A stretch of 64,000 bases of DNA from contig CAVOGR010000001.1 in assembly GCA_963695555.1 (NCBI GenBank), forward strand, positions 320,001 through 384,000, read 5' to 3'. Shown piece by piece: positions 49,227 through 59,265 of this stretch. This stretch comes from an uncultured Gemmatimonadales bacterium. GTDB lineage: Bacteria; Gemmatimonadota; Gemmatimonadetes; Gemmatimonadales; GWC2-71-9. Both the position numbers and the translations under genes were made by a program. How positions within the stretch are numbered: the first letter of the stretch is position 1; each line of letters opens with the position of its first letter. The notes beneath the pieces were generated by a model. That model was not told the origin of the DNA, did not search any database, and worked only from the letters and a program-made list of their open reading frames with translations.

Positions 49227-50906
49227 ATGCTACCGATTCGACTTCCACGACAATATCTGCGACTTCCTTTCCTGAGCCTCGCGCTCGCAAGCGCCGGGGT
49301 TGGCTGCCGGAGCGGTGACGGCGTGCCGGATCGGGCCCTCGATGCCGTGACGGTGGATGGACTCACGGCCCACATCGAGGTGCTGGCCTCGGACGACTTC
49401 GAAGGTCGGGCCCCGGCCTCGGTGGGAGAGCAGAAGACCATCGACTACCTGACCGCCGAGTTCAGGCGGCTGGGTCTCGAGCCGGGCAATGCCGGGAGCT
49501 ATGTGCAGCAGTTTCCTGTGGTCTCCATTACGTCGGTGCCTACGGCGCTGCGCGTAAGGGGAACAAAGGGCGGCAAGGCCTACAACTTCGGCAACGAGTT
49601 CGTGGCCTGGACCAGGCGGGTCGTGCCCGCGTCGGCCATCTCCAATTCCGACATGGTGTTCGTCGGATATGGCACGGTGGCGCCGGAGTATGAGTGGAAC
49701 GACTACGCCGGGCTGGACGTACGCGGCAAGACGGTCGTGATGCTGGTGAACGATCCGGGCTTCGCGACCAAGGACCCGGCACTCTTCAACGGCAACGCCA
49801 TGACGTACTATGGTCGCTGGACCTACAAGTTCGAGGAAGCGGCACGGCAGGGGGCGTCCGGAGTGTTCATCGTGCACGAGACGGAACCGGCGGCCTATCC
49901 GTGGGCGGTGGTGGAGAACGGCTTCACCGGCGCGCAATTCGGACTCGTGGCCGACGACAACAACATGTCGCGGGCGGCGGTCGAGGGCTGGGTCACCGTC
50001 GAGACGGCACGCCGCATCTTCGGGCAAGCGGGGATGAGTTACGATTCGCTCAAGACGCAAGCGAGTCAGCGGGGATTCAAGGCCGTTCCGCTCGGTCTCG
50101 AGGCGTCGGTCGGCCTCACCAATGCCATCGCACAATCCAGCACCAGCAACGTCCTCGCCGTGCTGCCGGGAAGCAGCCGGCCGGACGAATTCGTCGTGTA
50201 CATGGCGCACTGGGACCACTTTGGACGCGATACCACGCTCGAGGGAGACCAGATCTACAACGGGGCCCGCGACAACGCCACGGGGACGGCGGGCCTGCTC
50301 GAACTGGCCAAGGCCTTCGCGACGCTCGAACCACGGCCCGCCCGCTCCATGCTCTTCCTGGCAGTCGGCGCCGAGGAGCAGGGGCTGCTCGGCTCGGCAT
50401 ACTACGCCGCGAACCCGGTCTACCCGCCGACCAAGACCGTCGCCGCGCTCAACATCGATGCCATGAACATCTGGGGGCCAACCCACGACATCATGGTGGT
50501 CGGCTACGGCAACTCGGAGCTGGATGACGTCGCCGAGGAGGCGGCCCACGCCGACGGGCGCGTTCTCCGGCCCGACCCCGAAGTCGAGAAGGGCTACTTC
50601 TATCGCTCGGACCACTTCAGCTTCGCGAAGATCGGCGTCCCGGCGTTCTATGCCGACCCGGGCATCGACAACATCGAGCATGGCGAAGCCTGGGGTCTCG
50701 AACAGCGCGAGAAGTACACGGCCGAGCGCTACCACAAGGTGACGGATGAAATCGGGCCCGACTGGGATCTCAGAGGAGCGGTGGCCGACCTCCGGTTCGC
50801 CTTCCGAATGGGCTACCGGCTGGCCAACGAAGCGACCTTTCCCAATTGGCGGGAGGGCACCGAGTTCCGCGCCCTGCGCGATTCAACCATGGCGGCCACC
50901 CAGTAG
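49227..50906 (+). CDS. M28 family metallopeptidase lipoprotein with PA domain
   Basis: Lipobox GVGC; AHWDH, GARDNATG, AEEQGLLGS, RSDHFSF, YHK motifs. Confidence 0.92.
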   Translation: MLPIRLPRQYLRLPFLSLALASAGVGCRSGDGVPDRALDAVTVDGLTAHIEVLASDDFEGRAPASVGEQKTIDYLTAEFRRLGLEPGNAGSYVQQFPVVSITSVPTALRVRGTKGGKAYNFGNEFVAWTRRVVPASAISNSDMVFVGYGTVAPEYEWNDYAGLDVRGKTVVMLVNDPGFATKDPALFNGNAMTYYGRWTYKFEEAARQGASGVFIVHETEPAAYPWAVVENGFTGAQFGLVADDNNMSRAAVEGWVTVETARRIFGQAGMSYDSLKTQASQRGFKAVPLGLEASVGLTNAIAQSSTSNVLAVLPGSSRPDEFVVYMAHWDHFGRDTTLEGDQIYNGARDNATGTAGLLELAKAFATLEPRPARSMLFLAVGAEEQGLLGSAYYAANPVYPPTKTVAALNIDAMNIWGPTHDIMVVGYGNSELDDVAEEAAHADGRVLRPDPEVEKGYFYRSDHFSFAKIGVPAFYADPGIDNIEHGEAWGLEQREKYTAERYHKVTDEIGPDWDLRGAVADLRFAFRMGYRLANEATFPNWREGTEFRALRDSTMAATQ

Positions 50907-51050
50907 AGCGCACGCAGCCGGTCCTTCCTGCTCCGGCCACCCGCACGCGTAGCGCGGAGCCGGTTCCACCGGTACCTTGGGCCATTCCCGGCCCGGCCGG
51001 GGGAGTACCAGGCCATTGCTCCAAGCGCCGCGCCCTGACCGAGGCTTGCC

Positions 51051-52076
51051 ATGTCTCCCGTCGTTGTCGTGCCGACGGAAATTCTCGTGGTCCGGCTCAG
51101 CTCGATCGGCGGTGTTCTCCTGACGACACCGTTGCTCAGGGCCCTGCGCCATCGCCATCCGGAAGCGCGGCTGACCGTGCTGACCGACGAGCGTTACGCT
51201 CCGCTCCTCAAGCACAACCCCAACGTCGACCAAGTCGCGGGGGTTGGCCCGAATGCCTCACTCTGGGCGTGGGCGCGGAGTCTGAGGCAGCACGAGTTCG
51301 GCTGCCTGCTCGATCTCGAAGGCAACGTGCAGAGCCGATTCCTCCGACGCCTCGTGCCAGGGCGCTGGCGTCGTTCCGAGCGGCGCTGGCTGGCCGAACG
51401 TGTACTGATTCACACCAAACGAAACCTCTTTCGTGAGGCGCTATCGGACGCCGAACGATACTTCACGGCGGCCAAAGACTTGGATGTGGTTCCCGATGGT
51501 CAGCCGGTCGAATTTTGCCTGAGCGAGGCAGCGGACGTCGAGGCGACAAGATGGCTGGATCAGGCCGGGATGCTGAGCGATAGGCCGCTGGTAGCCTTTG
51601 CGCCCGGGGCCAGGGCGGCCACCCTGCGTTGGCCGGCAGATTCTTGGGTGGAGCTCATTACCCGGGTGACGGACACCGGGGCCGATGCCGTGGTGGTTGG
51701 CGGGCACGCAGACGCCACCCTCGCGACCGACATCGCGGTCAGGAGCGGCGCCCGTGCCGCGAGTTCGGCGGGTCTATTGAGCCTTCAGGGGATGGGGGCC
51801 ATCTTGAAGCGAGCGCAGGCCGTGTTGACGGGAGACAGCGGTGCCCTCCACATGGCGACCGGCGTCGGGACGCCGGTGGTGGCGTTATTTGGCCCGACCG
51901 CAAGGGAATTCGGCCGGTTCCCCTACCAGGCCCACGCTACGGTTATCGAGCGAGACCTCCCGTGCCGACCATGCAGCACGCGGGGGGGCCATACGTGCCC
52001 GCTCCAGCATCATGAGTGCCTGCGCTCCATCGAGCCGCAGGGTGTGCTCCACGTGCTGGCGCGGCTGCTCGCCTAA
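51051..52076 (+). CDS. Glycosyltransferase family 9 (LPS heptosyltransferase-like)
   Basis: ILVVRLSSIG, APGA...RWP, GDSGALHMA, VALFGPT, CRPC motifs. Confidence 0.9.
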   Translation: MSPVVVVPTEILVVRLSSIGGVLLTTPLLRALRHRHPEARLTVLTDERYAPLLKHNPNVDQVAGVGPNASLWAWARSLRQHEFGCLLDLEGNVQSRFLRRLVPGRWRRSERRWLAERVLIHTKRNLFREALSDAERYFTAAKDLDVVPDGQPVEFCLSEAADVEATRWLDQAGMLSDRPLVAFAPGARAATLRWPADSWVELITRVTDTGADAVVVGGHADATLATDIAVRSGARAASSAGLLSLQGMGAILKRAQAVLTGDSGALHMATGVGTPVVALFGPTAREFGRFPYQAHATVIERDLPCRPCSTRGGHTCPLQHHECLRSIEPQGVLHVLARLLA

Positions 52077-52131
52077 AGGCCCGCGCTCGGCGGTGCAGGC
52101 TTCCGGTTTTCATTCCTCACGAGGGGGAGCT

Positions 52132-52542
52132 ATGACGACGGATCTCAATTACCTGGCGATCCTGGTAGCAGCGCTGGTGTTCTTCGTGGTCGGCGGCGTA
52201 TGGTATGCGGCCGTCTTCGGCAAGGCCTGGCAGAACGCGCTGAATCTCAACCCGGAAGAAACGGCGCGGGCGCAGCAGGACTTCCCCAAGGCGCTCGCCG
52301 TATGGTTTCTGAGCGGTCTCCTCGTCAGCTTCGTCCTCGCGAATCTGGTGCGCGTCTTGGGTGCCACGACCTTCGGCGCCGGGGTCATGGTCGGCTTTTG
52401 GGCCTGGCTCGGCTTTGCTTTGCCCTTGAACCTGAATAGCCTGGCGTTCGAGAAGCGATCGCCTCACGTCTTCCTGATCAATGCCGGTTTCTACTGGGTA
52501 GCCTTTGCGTTGGTGGGGGGCATTCTGGCGGTGTGGCATTGA
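52132..52542 (+). CDS. DUF1761 membrane protein
   Basis: NYLAILVAA...GGVWY...FGKAW; four TM segments; GGGGAG RBS. Confidence 0.85.
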   Translation: MTTDLNYLAILVAALVFFVVGGVWYAAVFGKAWQNALNLNPEETARAQQDFPKALAVWFLSGLLVSFVLANLVRVLGATTFGAGVMVGFWAWLGFALPLNLNSLAFEKRSPHVFLINAGFYWVAFALVGGILAVWH

Positions 52543-52615
52543 CGAAGCTCCTCGTGTCCTTGCCTCACGACCCGGGATCGGTGATTCTTCGGGGTCTCCT
52601 TCCAGGGGGGCGCCG

Positions 52616-53587
52616 TTGAGTCCCGATTCCCGGAGTTGTCCCAGGTGCAGCGTCACGCTGTTGGCCGACGCGCGATACTGCTATGCGTGTGGCATCGGCA
52701 TCGCCGCGGCCGCCTCAGGCGAGTATGCTTTACTCGATCTCGAACGCTTTTTCGACTACGCGCTGGACATGCTGTGCATTGCCGGCGTCGATGGATATTT
52801 CAAGCGGGTGAACCTGGCATTTGAACGTGTCCTCGGATTCACCGCCGAAGAAATGTTGTCGAAGCCGTTCGTTGAATTCATCCATCCCGAAGACCGATCC
52901 GAGACGACGGCGGAAGTGGGCAAGCTGGCCAGCGGGGCGCCGACGCTTTCCTTCGAGAACCGGTATCTGTGCAAGGATGGCAGTTACAAAGACCTGAGCT
53001 GGACGTCCTACCCCGAGCCCGGAACCGGTCTCTTGTACGCCGTGGCACGCGACATCTCGGACGCCAAGCGGCGGAACGATCTGGTCGATGGGTTGACCGG
53101 GCTCGCGAGTCGGAGAGCCTTTGATGAGGCCCTGGAGAAGGAGTGGAAGCGCGCGGTCCGGCTTCGGGTGCCGTTTGCGGTGGCGTTCTTCGACATCGAT
53201 CACTTTCGGAACTACAACAAGCACTTGGGACACAAGGCGGGCGATGACTGTCTGCGCCAGTTGAGTCAGGTCCTGCGCAGCCACTCGCGGCGTGCCGGGG
53301 ACTTGGTGGCGCGCTCCGACGGTGGGGAGTTCGGCTTCTTGATGGAAGGTGGGCTCACACCGGAAAAGACCATCGCCCTGTGCGAGATCATCCGTGCCGG
53401 CATCGAGGCGCTGGACCTGCCGCATCCCGGAGCCGATTCCCCGGGCTGTGTCACCGTGAGCGTCGGCGTGGCGGCAGGCGTGCCGGCTCCGGCGGAGACC
53501 CCGGAGCGCATCGCGAAGCTGGCCAGGGAGGCCCTGACCGACGCCAAGCGACAAGGCCGCAATTGCGTGGTGTGCGCGGCCTCTTGA
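52616..53587 (+). CDS. Zinc-ribbon + PAS + degenerate GGDEF protein
   Basis: CPRC...CYAC, PAS (FKRVN, FIHPED, ARDIS), GGDEF fold with RAGD I-site and DGGEF signature. Start uncertain (TTG). Confidence 0.85.
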   Translation: MSPDSRSCPRCSVTLLADARYCYACGIGIAAAASGEYALLDLERFFDYALDMLCIAGVDGYFKRVNLAFERVLGFTAEEMLSKPFVEFIHPEDRSETTAEVGKLASGAPTLSFENRYLCKDGSYKDLSWTSYPEPGTGLLYAVARDISDAKRRNDLVDGLTGLASRRAFDEALEKEWKRAVRLRVPFAVAFFDIDHFRNYNKHLGHKAGDDCLRQLSQVLRSHSRRAGDLVARSDGGEFGFLMEGGLTPEKTIALCEIIRAGIEALDLPHPGADSPGCVTVSVGVAAGVPAPAETPERIAKLAREALTDAKRQGRNCVVCAAS

Positions 53588-53704
53588 TCGAACGTGTGAG
53601 CAACTGCGCTTCAGCTCGGGGTCCCGTCGCATTTCTGCTGCGGGACCCTGCCGGTTGAGGGTGTGTCCCCTGTTCGCTATGTACCACTTCCATCGGTGCT
53701 GCAC

Positions 53705-55132
53705 ATGCGCCGCGTAAGGCGCAAGTCCGCAGCCATCGCCGCCGTCTTCTTGGCGGCACTCTGGACCACCATGTGTATCCGCGGTGTGACGCGGCCGCTT
53801 CCGGCCGGCCTCTCGTTTGCCGGCGTGGAGCATCGCGGCGTTCCCGTCGAGTTTCTGGCCGATCTCACCTATCAGCGCGACAGCGGGCAGGTGGTCGAAC
53901 AGGTCATCTTCGACCGGGTGTTCCAGCTGATCGATCGCGCCGAGCGGTTCATCCTGATCGACATGTTCCTCTTCAACGGAGAGCACGGCGGCGATCGCGA
54001 GTATCTGCCGCTGGCTGAGCGTCTCTCCGAACGGTTGATCGCGAAGAAGCGGGCCTCGCCCGACGTTCAGATCACGTTCATCACAGACGAGATCAACACC
54101 TTCTACGGGGCATACACCAGTCCGGAAATCCTGAGCCTCCGCGCCAATGGCATCACGGTCGTGGTGACCGATCCAACCAAGCTGCGCGATTCGAATCCGG
54201 GGTATTCCGCCCTGTGGCGCCCATTGCTTCAATGGCTTGGCACGGGTGGCCCGGGGTTCCTGCCCCACCCGCTCACCAGCTCGGGCCAGAAGGTGACGCT
54301 CCGGTCGTATCTCAGGCTGCTCAACTTCAAGGCCAACCATCGAAAAGTGATCGTCACGGAGCAGGAGTGCCTTGTTGCCTCGGCGAATCCGCATGACGCC
54401 TCGAGCTTCCACTCGAACATCGCGTTCGCCATGCGGGGAGGGCCCTGCCAGGACGCGCTCCGGGCCGAGGGCGCAGTCCTCGCGTTTTCGGGCGGTGGAC
54501 CACTCACCGACAGTGTCAATCAGGCCGACGCCGGGGATTCGCGAACGACGGCGCAATACCTGACCGAGGGACAGATCAAACGGGGGGTACTCGAAGAAAT
54601 CGGGGCCCTCCAGGGTGGTGATCGGCTGGATATCGCCATGTTCTACCTGTCAGATCGCTCGATCATCCGGGCGCTCCTGGACGCAGCCCGGCGGGGCGTC
54701 GGCATCCGGCTGATTCTCGATCCCAATAAAGATGCCTTTGGGCGCCAGAAGGGCGGGATCCCCAATCGACAGGTGGCGCACGAGCTCGTCACCCAGTCCG
54801 GCGGGCGCATCGCCCTGCGCTGGTACGACACCCATGGGGAGCAGTTCCATACGAAACTGGTGATCGGGCGGCACGAGGGTCATGTCGTCGCGATTGGCGG
54901 ATCCGCCAATCTGACTCGGCGCAATCTGGACGATTTCAATCTCGAGGCGGACGTGAAGGTGACAGCCCCCCTCGATTCCCGTCTGGCGGAGGACGTTGGC
55001 CGCTACTACGAACGGTTGTGGACCAACGCGGGCGGCCACTACATCCTTGGCTACGAGGCGTACGAGGACCGGTCTCGGCTCAAGCGGGTGATCTACCGGA
55101 TTCAGGAATGGAGCGGGTTCAGCTCATATTGA
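53705..55132 (+). CDS. Phospholipase D family protein
   Basis: Two HxK motifs (NHRKVIV...SANPHD; FHTKLVI...GSANL) and an N-terminal membrane anchor. Confidence 0.88.
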   Translation: MRRVRRKSAAIAAVFLAALWTTMCIRGVTRPLPAGLSFAGVEHRGVPVEFLADLTYQRDSGQVVEQVIFDRVFQLIDRAERFILIDMFLFNGEHGGDREYLPLAERLSERLIAKKRASPDVQITFITDEINTFYGAYTSPEILSLRANGITVVVTDPTKLRDSNPGYSALWRPLLQWLGTGGPGFLPHPLTSSGQKVTLRSYLRLLNFKANHRKVIVTEQECLVASANPHDASSFHSNIAFAMRGGPCQDALRAEGAVLAFSGGGPLTDSVNQADAGDSRTTAQYLTEGQIKRGVLEEIGALQGGDRLDIAMFYLSDRSIIRALLDAARRGVGIRLILDPNKDAFGRQKGGIPNRQVAHELVTQSGGRIALRWYDTHGEQFHTKLVIGRHEGHVVAIGGSANLTRRNLDDFNLEADVKVTAPLDSRLAEDVGRYYERLWTNAGGHYILGYEAYEDRSRLKRVIYRIQEWSGFSSY

Positions 55133-55166
55133 TCGGATGTCACCAATATCCAATGAGAGGATAACC

Positions 55167-55766
55167 ATGAGGCTCGCGTCGCGGTCTACCGTCGTCCTAT
55201 TCACCAGCAGCCTAGTGCTCGCGGTGAGTGGGTGCACCACGATTCGGGGCGTTGCGGCGCTTCGGCACGTGGATTTTTCGCTCGACCGGGTCGACGACAT
55301 GCGTCTGGCCGGCGTAGCCATGAGCCGGATCCGATCCTATCAAGATCTGAGTGTCGGCGAGATCGCTCAACTCGGGTTGGCCGTCGCCCGGAAGGACTTG
55401 CCGCTCGACTTCATTCTGCACGTCCAGGCAGAGAATCCGTCGGACAACACCGTAACGGCCGAGCTCGTGCGTCTCGATTGGACGCTCTTGCTGCAGAATC
55501 GGGAGACCATCAGCGGGAGCGTAGACACGAGCTACGCCCTCCGGCCCGGCGTGGCGCAAGACGTTCCCATCGCCATGCATCTCGACCTGACCGACTTCTT
55601 CGAGGGCAGCGCCAAGGACCTGGTGGAACTGGCGCTGAACCTGGCGGGGCAGGGAGGCGAGCCCAAGGAGATCACGTTGCGAGGCGTCCCGTCCGTCGAT
55701 ACGCCGCTGGGCCCCATTCGCTATCCCCAGCCCATCACCATCGCCAGCCGGCGGATCGGGTCCTGA
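55167..55766 (+). CDS. LEA_2/WHy-like lipoprotein
   Basis: Lipobox VSGC; VQAENP motif; DTPLGPIRYP. Confidence 0.75.
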   Translation: MRLASRSTVVLFTSSLVLAVSGCTTIRGVAALRHVDFSLDRVDDMRLAGVAMSRIRSYQDLSVGEIAQLGLAVARKDLPLDFILHVQAENPSDNTVTAELVRLDWTLLLQNRETISGSVDTSYALRPGVAQDVPIAMHLDLTDFFEGSAKDLVELALNLAGQGGEPKEITLRGVPSVDTPLGPIRYPQPITIASRRIGS

Positions 55767-55769
55767 TGG

Positions 55770-56180
55770 TCAGGGGCGGTCGGGGGTCCCGGAGGGTCGC
55801 GGAGCAAGCTTCCGATTTTCGAGGGCAGTACCCAGCTCCCACCCAATGACTTTCGCCGTGGGCCCGTCACGCCGGGCAATGCTCAAGACGAGGCGGTCTT
55901 CCGAACTGCCCGGCATGCCATCGAATACGGCCAGGCTTCTGGCTTGCAGGATCAATTTGGCGCTGAAGATTCCCCGTCGGTAATCGACCCGCGTAAGCTG
56001 GTCGAGCGCGATCGATCGCAGCTTGATCTCGGATTGCTCCAGGCTCGCGAGCGACGTGCGATACTCGAGTACAATGCCTCCGGGTTCCACGCGGAGGACC
56101 CCGCCAATGAAGATCCAGCCCTTGCGGATGTCCGCGAGCTCGGGGTCGATGGTGAACGGGACGCTCTGGATCTTAGCCAT
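55770..56180 (-). CDS. Hypothetical protein (136 aa)
   Basis: Co-oriented downstream of DUF2339; beta-rich, protein-like sequence. Confidence 0.65.
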   Translation of the reverse strand: MAKIQSVPFTIDPELADIRKGWIFIGGVLRVEPGGIVLEYRTSLASLEQSEIKLRSIALDQLTRVDYRRGIFSAKLILQARSLAVFDGMPGSSEDRLVLSIARRDGPTAKVIGWELGTALENRKLAPRPSGTPDRP

Positions 56181-56236
56181 CGGTCTTCATCAGCTGCCTC
56201 GTGTGGCGCCTCATCCACCGAATCGCCCACTCCGCC

Positions 56237-58012
56237 CTAGAGCCGGTCCGCATTCCCTTCTGGTGAGGCAGGGTGGGATGGGGATTCGTCCACTCGCGGG
56301 TTCCAGCCGCTCCGAAAGTGATAGCTGAGCGCTAGGAACACGGCACCGAAGCTCAAGAACAGGAGAATTCGCCAGATCGGCTCGACTTGACTCAGGTCGA
56401 AGAGGACCAGCTTGCCGGCGGTGGCGAACAGTGTCGCGAGGCCGATGGTTCGAGTCCGAGGCATGAGGAACAAGAGTCCCAGGCTGTAAATGCCCCACGA
56501 GCCGGTCACGATGCCGTCGCCGACGGGGAGTACACTCAGCTCGCGCCAGAGCCAGGCGAGGATGGCGAGGTGCGCCGCGAACCAATACATCGGTGCCGCA
56601 CGCCGATCGAGCCACCGTGTGGCAATTACCAATGACGCGATCACACCGGCATCCGCAAAGGCGCGCCAATTCCAAATCGCCACCTCAGGTGGTGGCTCCG
56701 CCGTCAGTCGCTGGGCCAGCCAGAGCGCGATCAGTCCGAAGAGGAGGTGCCCGGCCGTGCCGACGGACCGGTCGCCGAGCCATCTCGCCAGTAGGAGCAG
56801 TACCAGCGCCTCAGCTGCATAGAGTGCCAGCTCGACGTGACCCTGGAATAACAACGACACCCCGACCGCGACCAGGACGGCACCGGTAAGGATGTGCGCT
56901 GCTCTCAAGGCTGGGACCCCGTCGGGTCGGCTCAGGTACCATGCGGCGAGGCCGTAGAGCGCTGCGGCGGCCAGGGCGATCACTCCCCACACGGTGTCGT
57001 CAGTCGGCCGCCACGCAACGTGTGAGGCATAGAGCGTGGCAGCTGCAGTCGCGATCAGCAGCACCGCGAGCTGGCGGTGTCGCACCCCCACTTCCCGCGC
57101 CTTGGGTACCCCGGATTCCGGATAAGGCCACCGGTTCGGCTGGCGACGAGCAAGCACCTCGCGGCTAACCGGTACAAGCCAGAACAAGAGCCAGATCACG
57201 GTCACGCCGGATTGAAGCGCCACCGAGTTGGTGTCGGCACTTCCCTGGAACGCCAGCGCCAGCACCAACCAGCCGCCCAATGCCGTGATCCAGAGCAGTG
57301 ATTGCCACCCCCTGAATAGATAGATCGCGCTCGTACCTGCGAGCAGGATCGAGGTATACGCGATCAGGCTCGGGACCGAGCCGGTCTCGGTATAGAGCAG
57401 AAACGGTGTGCCGAGTCCGCCGACGGCACCGAGTACGGCAAGGATGGCCTCGCTCTGGCGTACGCTCACCCAGAAGAGAAACACCGTCACCAGCACCATG
57501 AAGGCGAACGCGACGGGATGGCTGACGAGTTGAAAGAGCTGAAACGCGGCGAACCCTGTGATGTACCAGGTGGCCGCCGCACCTCCGAGCACGATCTGGC
57601 TGAACCAGCGCTGGGCGTGGTGCACCCGGAAACCGATCGTGGCAAGCACTACCCCGAGAACCAGCCCAAAGGCGACCCGGATTTCCGGCGTAAGCCAGCC
57701 CCGGTCGACCGCGTACTTAAAGAGGAAGGCAACCCCGAGGAGAAGAAGGCCGATTCCAACTCGGCTGATCCAGAACTGAGGTCCGCGGGAGAGGAGCCCG
57801 GCGAACGGTGTGGCGATGGCGCGCCGTGGGGTGCGCACCGCGCGAGTGAACGGAGGTGGAGTGGCAACGCCGGCATCGGTCTGCTGACCCGACGCGGTCC
57901 CGCGCCGTGCGATGGCCTCGATCAAGCCCGCGACCGTGTGCTGGAGGTTTTCAACTGCGGCCTCGAGGTGTTGAAGCCGCTCTTCGGCCGAGCGCTCGTC
58001 TAGCTCTGGCAT
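56237..58012 (-). CDS. DUF2339 multi-pass membrane protein
   Basis: WISRVGIGLLLLGVAFLFKYAVDRGWLTPEIR; GGLGTPFLL; C-terminal KLVLFDL...RILLF. Confidence 0.88.
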   Translation of the reverse strand: MPELDERSAEERLQHLEAAVENLQHTVAGLIEAIARRGTASGQQTDAGVATPPPFTRAVRTPRRAIATPFAGLLSRGPQFWISRVGIGLLLLGVAFLFKYAVDRGWLTPEIRVAFGLVLGVVLATIGFRVHHAQRWFSQIVLGGAAATWYITGFAAFQLFQLVSHPVAFAFMVLVTVFLFWVSVRQSEAILAVLGAVGGLGTPFLLYTETGSVPSLIAYTSILLAGTSAIYLFRGWQSLLWITALGGWLVLALAFQGSADTNSVALQSGVTVIWLLFWLVPVSREVLARRQPNRWPYPESGVPKAREVGVRHRQLAVLLIATAAATLYASHVAWRPTDDTVWGVIALAAAALYGLAAWYLSRPDGVPALRAAHILTGAVLVAVGVSLLFQGHVELALYAAEALVLLLLARWLGDRSVGTAGHLLFGLIALWLAQRLTAEPPPEVAIWNWRAFADAGVIASLVIATRWLDRRAAPMYWFAAHLAILAWLWRELSVLPVGDGIVTGSWGIYSLGLLFLMPRTRTIGLATLFATAGKLVLFDLSQVEPIWRILLFLSFGAVFLALSYHFRSGWNPRVDESPSHPASPEGNADRL

Positions 58013-58217
58013 GACGCTAAGATACCAGCCGTGCGGAGCCCGGCAAGGGAATGCACCCCGTGCCTGGCGAACCCGTTCCTTGGGCTCTATGCTATGCGAC
58101 GAGGTTCGTTCGGGAGCGTTGGTAGGACGCGGACAGAATCTCGAGGTGTTCACGGCCTCGCTCCTCGCACTTGCAGGCGAGCTCGGTTAAGGGGCACTGA
58201 TCTTGGAGGAACCGTCG

Positions 58218-59197
58218 ATGGCCCCCAATCTGGATCTCAGGTCTCATCATTTCCGTGACGTCACCCGGCGCACCTTTCTCGAGTCGAGCCTCGCGGCCTC
58301 GGCGTGTTTGGCGCTGCCCGAGATCTTCCGGCGCAGCAGGCCGGGGCGGTTCGCCGTGCCGGGTCCGTTCGAGTTGGAAGAGGCTACCATCGCGATGCTG
58401 CAGGAGGGCATGCGGAGCGGGAAGTATACGTCGCAGCGGCTCTGCCGATTGTACCTCGCGCGAATCGACGACCTCGACCGGCACGGGCCAACGCTCCGGT
58501 CGGTGATCGAGGTCAACCCCGACGCGCTGCAGATTGCGCGGGAACTCGATGCCGAGCGAAAAGCCGGCCGGATTCGCGGACCGATGCACGGCATTCCCGT
58601 CCTCATCAAGGACAACCTCGCCACCGCCGACCGCATGGAGACCACCGCGGGGTCACTGGCGATGCTCGGGGCCAAGCCGCCGCGCGACTCCTTCGTCGCC
58701 GCACGGCTTCGGCAAGCAGGTGCCGTGATCCTCGGCAAGACCAACCTGAGCGAATGGGCCAATTTCCGTTCCACCAATTCAGTGAGTGGCTGGAGCGGCC
58801 GCGGCGGGCTCTGTCTGAGCCCATATGCCCTCGACCGGAACCCGTGCGGCTCGAGCTCGGGTACCGGCGGCTCTCGCGCACCGAGGGATTTGATGTGGTG
58901 ATGGCAGAACATCGATTGGATGCTCTCGTGGCGCCGACCGGGGGCCCGGCATGGACCACCGATCTGGTGAACGGCGATCATTTCCTGGGTTCGAGTTCGT
59001 CGCCGGCCGCCGTGTCGGGCTATCCGAACATCACGGTACCCGTGGGATACGTGTTTGGCTTGCCGGTTGGCATGAGCATGATGGGGAAGCCGTTCGACGA
59101 GCCAACACTGATCAAGCTGGCCTACGCATATGAGCAGGCCACGCGAATACGGAAGCCACCTCCCTTCTTGCCGACGGCCGATCTTACGCGGCCCTGA
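58218..59197 (+). pseudogene. Tat-exported amidase (amidase-signature family) with a large internal deletion and frameshift
   Basis: TRRTFL Tat motif, IKDN, GKTNLSEWAN and GSSSG in one frame. After about 58868 the amidase C-terminus (LDALVAPT...AAVSGYPNITVP...AYAYEQAT) is in another frame. The central GTETDGS-type segment is absent. Confidence 0.85.
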
Positions 59198-59209
59198 CCG
59201 CGGCGGTTC

Positions 59210-59241
59210 GGCGGTTGGGCGGATCGATCCGCCCAACCGCC
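59210..59241. repeat. Perfect 32-bp palindrome built of octamer units; probable bidirectional terminator
   Basis: GGCGGTTGGGCGGATC|GATCCGCCCAACCGCC between convergent genes. Confidence 0.7.
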
Positions 59242-59265
59242 CGTCCGCAGAAACAGCGTTTCCCT

